Shown piece by piece: positions 58,937 to 64,000 of a stretch of DNA of 64,000 bases. The notes below the pieces were generated by a model that did no database searches, was not told the origin of the DNA, and worked only from the letters and a program-made list of their open reading frames with translations. Made by a program: the position numbers and the translations under genes. This DNA is from a virus (Duplodnaviria > Heunggongvirae > Uroviricota > Caudoviricetes): positions 22,054 to 86,053 of IMG/VR virus record IMGVR_UViG_3300022924_000017; one strand, written 5' to 3'. Each line of letters starts with the position of its first letter. Positions within the stretch are counted from its first letter, which is position 1.

Positions 58937-60595
58937 ATGGCAACTATTGCATCTCAAGCAACTGGTAACTGGTCTAGCACTTCAACATGGAGTGGTGGTG
59001 TCTTACCAGGCGTAAATGACGTTGCTCAAGTGGTCGCTGGCCACGTTGTTACTATCGACCAGAATGTCGCGGTGCAAAGTCTATCTAACACGGGTAACGG
59101 TAAGTTCGTATTAACTGGCTCAACCCCTCGAACTATCACTTGCTCAATCTCAATGATTCTTAACACAACAGCTACGGGTACCTGTCTATTAGAAATTGAT
59201 GGTTCTTATAGTGCGACTGGTTCTACTATCAATACGGGTCTTGTCTCAATCGGTTCGCACACTGGGACAACTGCGCTGGCTGCAATCAACATTTTAGCCG
59301 CTGCTACAGGTTCTATTTCATTTACTGGTACAAGCTGGCAAGCAGACAACAACGCGACAGGTCTTGAACCAGCGGTACTGCTAAACGCATCAACAGCCAC
59401 CCTAGACATCAACCTCACTACAGCCATCCAAGGTAACGGTACGGCATTTGGTCAGGCACTCGTTTCAACAGGTGACAGCGAGATGACTATAACGGTGCCT
59501 CTAATATCTGCAGGCCTAAGCATTTCGGGGGGTACCACCCTAGTCCCTTATGTAAAACCAGTCACAATAAATACTGGCTCTATCGTCGGTATAGTTGGTG
59601 CTGGTACAGGGTTTAGCGGTGCACGCACAACCGCTGGTGTTATCACAGTCAATGGTAATATCGGGCCAGGTAGCTCACCAAGTCTGAGTATTACGGGTGC
59701 AATCCAACTCATCATCAACGGCAATGTTTCTGGCGGTAACACCTCGAGCGGTAGCGCAACTGGTATAACACTTAACGGTTTCAACTTCGATATTACCGTC
59801 AACGGCAACGTAAGCGGTGGTACGTCCAACTCGAGTGGTGCAGTAGGTATCCTAGGAAGCAGCGTTGGTGGTAGAATTACTGTCAACGGTGATGTACAAG
59901 CTAACCAACTCACGGGTGGCTCGGGTGCTAGTGGTATTAGCTTCAACACCATTAACACGTTCACAGGTATCAGCTATATTACTGTAACTGGTGACGTTCG
60001 TGGTGGCCCAAACGCTGGCGGTATTAGCGCGGGTGGTAGCTCAGCTGGCGGTGTTCAGGTATGGGTGGGCGGTAGCGTCTACGCTGGAGTTAGCGCATCA
60101 ACAAACTTTCTTGGTGTGGGTATTCAACTTAACAACAACGGCTCAAACCTTGTCGTTGAAGGCCCTGAGATTTCTACGAGCGGTACATCTGGATCCCCTG
60201 CGATTTACTGTACAACTCAATTTGTTGGTGATGTCACTATTGGTAAAGCGAATCAAACTACGACCATCACGAATACAGCTTATGCAGCCGCAATCGCAGT
60301 GCCATATCTAGTAGCAGATGACGCTCATCTCGTCTGGCGTTATCTTTCGAATAACAATTACCAAGATGTCGAGGTTTTACCACCGCTATCAGATGTCGAC
60401 TCAGATATAGCCGTAACAGACGTTCGTGCTGGGGTGGTCTACGATAATGACGACAAAGTTGGTACAATGATTGTCCCTGAACCTGATGACGTTCTCTATG
60501 GCGTACCTGTCGACGACGTAGTCGGTCTTGCTCACGTTACATTAGCAGACGCTGCTGCGATCACGGGTAGCCAGATTGCTTCACTCAGCACATAA
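58937..60595 (+). CDS. tail fibre/spike protein, paralog B (predicted beta-helix)
   Basis: same conserved N/C termini; Gly/Ser/Thr-rich repetitive core. Confidence 0.55.
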   Translation: MATIASQATGNWSSTSTWSGGVLPGVNDVAQVVAGHVVTIDQNVAVQSLSNTGNGKFVLTGSTPRTITCSISMILNTTATGTCLLEIDGSYSATGSTINTGLVSIGSHTGTTALAAINILAAATGSISFTGTSWQADNNATGLEPAVLLNASTATLDINLTTAIQGNGTAFGQALVSTGDSEMTITVPLISAGLSISGGTTLVPYVKPVTINTGSIVGIVGAGTGFSGARTTAGVITVNGNIGPGSSPSLSITGAIQLIINGNVSGGNTSSGSATGITLNGFNFDITVNGNVSGGTSNSSGAVGILGSSVGGRITVNGDVQANQLTGGSGASGISFNTINTFTGISYITVTGDVRGGPNAGGISAGGSSAGGVQVWVGGSVYAGVSASTNFLGVGIQLNNNGSNLVVEGPEISTSGTSGSPAIYCTTQFVGDVTIGKANQTTTITNTAYAAAIAVPYLVADDAHLVWRYLSNNNYQDVEVLPPLSDVDSDIAVTDVRAGVVYDNDDKVGTMIVPEPDDVLYGVPVDDVVGLAHVTLADAAAITGSQIASLST

Positions 60596-60652
60596 ATAAA
60601 GCCCCTGTGACTTCACAGGAGCTCGCTGGCTGCATTTTACGATCAAAGATGG

Positions 60653-61258
60653 TTACCAGTCGAGGTTCTCATCAATGTGCATGATTCCACCCTGCGCAAG
60701 TCTTGATTTTGCAAAGTCATCAAAGTAACTATCGCTGCGTTTCAATCCCTTCATAACCGTGTGACGTTCACCAGAAAGTGATATTATGTCTTCGGTTTCA
60801 ATCTCGAATGTAGTGTTAGCTCTCAGCTCAGCTTCACCGTGGTGCCATGTTGTGTCCCATTGAGGGGGATATGGTGTAGAAACCGAGATTGACTTGTGGC
60901 GGGCAAGGTCAAACGAATGTATTAACCCCCCAGTGTGGTCTACCATCTCAACTTCTCCAGAATCAAGCGTCGTGATTGTATAGGCGCTTCTCGAATGTTT
61001 CAACTGACCCATTCTTCCCTTAATCATGTGTTCAATGTTATTTTTCTTCCCGCGATCAACTTTCGCGGGTTTCTTCATCTCAAAAACAAACGGGTTGTCG
61101 TGTTCAACAGGTGGTCGAAGAAAGATGTCGTTCTTTACTGGTCCAGTATAGTGATTAGCTTTGCGAAAACCGTCCCAAGAACCAGAAAGTTTCTGCCGCC
61201 AGGGGGCAGGGCTAGACAAATGCTTTTGCATAATTTCGTACATCTCTTCTTGAGTCAT
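60653..61258 (-). CDS. hypothetical protein
   Basis: 201-aa ORF. Confidence 0.4.
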   Translation of the reverse strand: MTQEEMYEIMQKHLSSPAPWRQKLSGSWDGFRKANHYTGPVKNDIFLRPPVEHDNPFVFEMKKPAKVDRGKKNNIEHMIKGRMGQLKHSRSAYTITTLDSGEVEMVDHTGGLIHSFDLARHKSISVSTPYPPQWDTTWHHGEAELRANTTFEIETEDIISLSGERHTVMKGLKRSDSYFDDFAKSRLAQGGIMHIDENLDW

Positions 61259-61569
61259 CAGCCTATTGCCGCCACTTCTGGGTTATCGTTCACAAGGAGG
61301 TAACACCCCGTGCGACTACGCCTGAACAGATACCGCTCCAGCTTAAAGAACTTGAACTGCCCTATATCGGGTTTCGCTGGTAACTGAGCCTGATAAAACT
61401 TGTTCTTCAGTACGATATGCCGCGCTGGTAGCTCGATAATATAGTCGAACATCAGCCCATTACCACCAAGTGTTTTCGATTGTGCCTTTGTACATACTGC
61501 AACCTGCCGTGTCGAACGAAACGACCCGTAGTGTGCCCGTGCCGCCAGACCGCTCTCCCCCAAGGGCAC
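61258..61569 (-). CDS. hypothetical protein
   Basis: 103-aa ORF. Confidence 0.3.
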   Translation of the reverse strand: MPLGESGLAARAHYGSFRSTRQVAVCTKAQSKTLGGNGLMFDYIIELPARHIVLKNKFYQAQLPAKPDIGQFKFFKLERYLFRRSRTGCYLLVNDNPEVAAIG

Positions 61570-61751
61570 CCGAGTACCTTTTCAATCGGTGGTAGCTGTA
61601 TAGCAAAATCAAACATTTACCCTATTATACTACAGGGCACGTACCGCGTCAACAGAGGTCACGGCTTGTCTACCCAGTTGGAGTCGGTCGTGGATTTATT
61701 GGAGATGCGAAGGTTTCTTCATAAAAAAATCTCTAAAAAAAGTGTGTGTAC

Positions 61752-61810
61752 CGTTTTTACCCCTTTGACCCTAATGACCCCTTTTTACCCCTTTTACCCC
61801 TTTTCACCCT
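61752..61810. repeat. iteron-like short direct repeats (TTTACCCC/TGACCC units)
   Basis: cgTTTTTACCCCtttGACCCtaaTGACCCCtttTTACCCCtTTTACCCCtTTTCACCCt. Confidence 0.5.
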
Positions 61811-61967
61811 ATAGGAACATCTCCTTTTGAATTGTCAAATTATACCAATCGTGGATTCATTAGGAGACTCTATACACCATAGCGTAACGTGGGTGGTGTG
61901 GGGCGGTCACAGGCTACAGGACGCAGCGGGGTTTTAAGCCAAAGAACACAGGCTTGGCTGCAGCAAA

Positions 61968-62006
61968 AGAAAATCCGCAGCTTTTACACTGCGGTTTATT
62001 TTCTTT
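61968..62006. terminator. bidirectional rho-independent terminator
   Basis: AAAATCCGCAG-cttttacac-TGCGGTTTATTTTCTTT. Confidence 0.6.
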
Positions 62007-62745
62007 AAGCGAACTTGGTAAGGTTATATTCCTTATCGACGTTCTTGACAATACATTCGTGCAGGTCTAAGAACATCGCTGCCTTCGAACCTATAGCAAG
62101 TCTTGACGCATAATCATTCTGTGCTTTGAACGCAATCGTAGTCATCATCGAGTCTTTGATTCCGTTATCGTATATCTTCTTGTGTGCCGTCTGTGAAATC
62201 AGCACGAGAAAAATATTCATTCCCGCACCCTCTGCAATAAGTCGTTCAAGAGCAATCTTAGCTCCTTCGCCACACTGCTTTATAAAGGTTGCAAACTCGT
62301 CAATCACTATATACATAGGTACGCTGTTATCTTCAACAGTGTCCCCCTTCTTCATACTAGCCTTCCAGCTCGCTCGGTTACGCTTTTCAAGTTCACCGAC
62401 TGTACGACGTAGAACTCCTCTAAAAGCGTCAACATCGCTGTTTACATAAGCTCCTTTTGCGAACTTTGCATAGTCTTGTGCCTTTGGTGACCAAATCGCT
62501 ACTTCTGCAATCTTGACCATATCTTCAAGCATAAACTTTACCATCGTTGACTTTCCAGACCTAGACATACCAGAGATAAGGGTGTGCCCCATTTGTCGTG
62601 GTCCCATACTTACGACTGTACCAATCTCGGTTTCACCAAGTCGTATCTGTGCCGTTTCGGTTTTCTTGACCTTATAATCTTTCATCATATCATCGAATAC
62701 ATTTCTACTCATAACATCTCCTTTCTGGTTATTCAAACCATTCAA
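62005..62745 (-). CDS. FtsK/SpoIIIE-like P-loop ATPase (small)
   Basis: Walker A GMSRSGKST; Walker B YIVIDEF. Confidence 0.5.
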   Translation of the reverse strand: MNGLNNQKGDVMSRNVFDDMMKDYKVKKTETAQIRLGETEIGTVVSMGPRQMGHTLISGMSRSGKSTMVKFMLEDMVKIAEVAIWSPKAQDYAKFAKGAYVNSDVDAFRGVLRRTVGELEKRNRASWKASMKKGDTVEDNSVPMYIVIDEFATFIKQCGEGAKIALERLIAEGAGMNIFLVLISQTAHKKIYDNGIKDSMMTTIAFKAQNDYASRLAIGSKAAMFLDLHECIVKNVDKEYNLTKFA

Positions 62746-62956
62746 TTAACGTGTGAGTGCTGACTTCTACGTTGCCGTGATCGTCAGTACCCTCGTATTC
62801 AGTTTCTTCGTATCGGTAGCCCATTTTGTCACAGTGGTCGCAGTATAATCGCTGACCGTCCTCTTCGTAATCAGAGTGCTGACACTCTAAGTAGAAAGGG
62901 TTGCCATAACTGGCCCACTCACCTGTCGCTATATAATTGACTTTAATCTGTTTCAT
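62729..62956 (-). CDS. hypothetical protein
   Basis: 75-aa ORF overlapping the ATPase start. Confidence 0.3.
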   Translation of the reverse strand: MKQIKVNYIATGEWASYGNPFYLECQHSDYEEDGQRLYCDHCDKMGYRYEETEYEGTDDHGNVEVSTHTLIEWFE

Positions 62957-63341
62957 ATACTAACTATAGCACCTTTTCTGATAAAATACAATACCTTTTA
63001 TCTAATCTAAGCTATTGTACCACTCAGAGTCGCTAACAGCGCCCAACTTTTCAATAAAAGGGGCAAATTCATCGACTCGCAAGCAAATACCACCAGGGCT
63101 GCACACCAAACCACCGTTCACCCATAAGCTGAACCTGATATGTGCAGGGGTCTCGTCTGTAATCCTGTACGTAATACGTTCAATCATCACTCGATCTCCT
63201 CTTCTTCGGTGGTTTCAACCACTTCTTGAGCTTCTTCAATCAAATCCTCGAACTCAGACTGCTTCGATAGCAGCCATAAAGCGTCTTGGTAATTGTTAAT
63301 ATCATACTCAGCCCCTTCAAGGACTTCTCGCAAACTTACGC

Positions 63342-63650
63342 TCATTGCATTCTCCTTAAACATTTCATACACGTTACTTTTCTATCGTTAGTGGTTACGT
63401 TCATATCCTGTGTAACCCATTGACCGCATAGCAAGGCCCATTTACCTTTAGTGCCGAACATCTTATCGTACTTGCTCTTTACGCGCCCACGACCTTTTCT
63501 ACGATGGACGATGACCCGATGCGAACTAATCCTGGGACGGGGGCAGGCTCGAACAAATGCTTTCACCGCCTCACGCAGACTCATCTTCGTCCTCGTCATC
63601 GGCAAGGCCATCACAGCAGGACCGTGGGTACCCAGGCTCTTCACCGTCAA
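63342..63650 (-). CDS. hypothetical basic Cys-containing protein
   Basis: 102-aa ORF. Confidence 0.3.
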   Translation of the reverse strand: MTVKSLGTHGPAVMALPMTRTKMSLREAVKAFVRACPRPRISSHRVIVHRRKGRGRVKSKYDKMFGTKGKWALLCGQWVTQDMNVTTNDRKVTCMKCLRRMQ

Positions 63651-64000
63651 TCAACGTGCCGCAGGTCATACAACATAAACCGTCCTGCACATAATCTTCA
63701 AAGAAACTCATACGGGTTCTCCTGTAATCGCATCTTTGAAATCGCTCAACTGAGCCAGTATGTGAGAGCTTGCAGGCAACCACGTGATGTGTTCTCCCGC
63801 AGATAGCATTTCACCGTTAGGCATAACAAGAACGTCTAGCTTTGCCAGTACCATCTTGCCCTTAGTTAGTTCTTTGTAGTCGTTCATACTGTTGCCTCGA
63901 TACCGTAAAAGTTGCACCAGAACTCTTCTCGCCTTGCCCTGATCTGCCTGTCTTCTGGGTAGTCTTTCACACTCTCCATATAATCAGGTGTACAGGTTGG

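Noticed and set aside
61752-61810. Short direct repeats considered as a mini-CRISPR
   Set aside because: Units are only about 8-9 nt with 1-4-nt gaps. There are no spacers, no cas genes and no leader. This is better described as an iteron or operator cluster.

Overview
This window reads as a contiguous segment of a large, probably virulent tailed-phage genome. It has a siphovirus-like tail module and a T5-like or large Vibrio-type accessory content. No integrase, CRISPR array or rRNA was seen.

Layout from 5' to 3':
- 1-5.9 kb (+): tail tube, two chaperone-like ORFs and a 1293-aa tape measure protein (TMP).
- 5.9-10.5 kb: an HNH endonuclease, a GT-B glycosyltransferase, a cluster of small membrane proteins and a metallophosphoesterase.
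- 10.6-20.8 kb (mostly minus strand): early/replication-recombination block. It holds a CHAP-domain peptidase, single-stranded DNA-binding protein (SSB), polynucleotide kinase-phosphatase (PNK), RNA ligase, a Ser/Thr-phosphatase-like protein, a YqaJ exonuclease and a RecT-like annealase.
- 21.2-24.8 kb (+): a dense array of about 26 canonical tRNAs plus several aberrant tRNA-like elements. It is promoter-driven and contains an embedded promoter/terminator-bounded sRNA candidate and a roughly 380-nt non-coding insert.
- 25-34.6 kb (mostly minus strand): glutaredoxin, a RusA resolvase, a DEDD-type exonuclease, an amidase endolysin, an SPFH/prohibitin-like protein and many small hypotheticals.
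- 34.5-51 kb (+): terminase small and large subunits (TerS/TerL), immediately followed by a free-standing intein-like (Hint-domain) gene; then ParB-like nucleases, several HNH homing endonucleases, a LemA-family protein, and a cluster of glycosyltransferases with a SAM methyltransferase.
- 51-60.6 kb (+): tail fibre region: an 842-aa putative receptor-binding protein (RBP), a 1289-aa collagen-like (Gly-X-Y) fibre, and two paralogous beta-helix-like fibre/spike proteins.
- 60.6-64 kb (minus): hypotheticals, an FtsK-like P-loop ATPase and iteron-like short direct repeats.

All calls come from reading ORF translations and the nucleotide sequence directly. tRNA coordinates and anticodons were folded by hand, so they are approximate (+/- a few nt) and should be re-run with tRNAscan-SE or ARAGORN.
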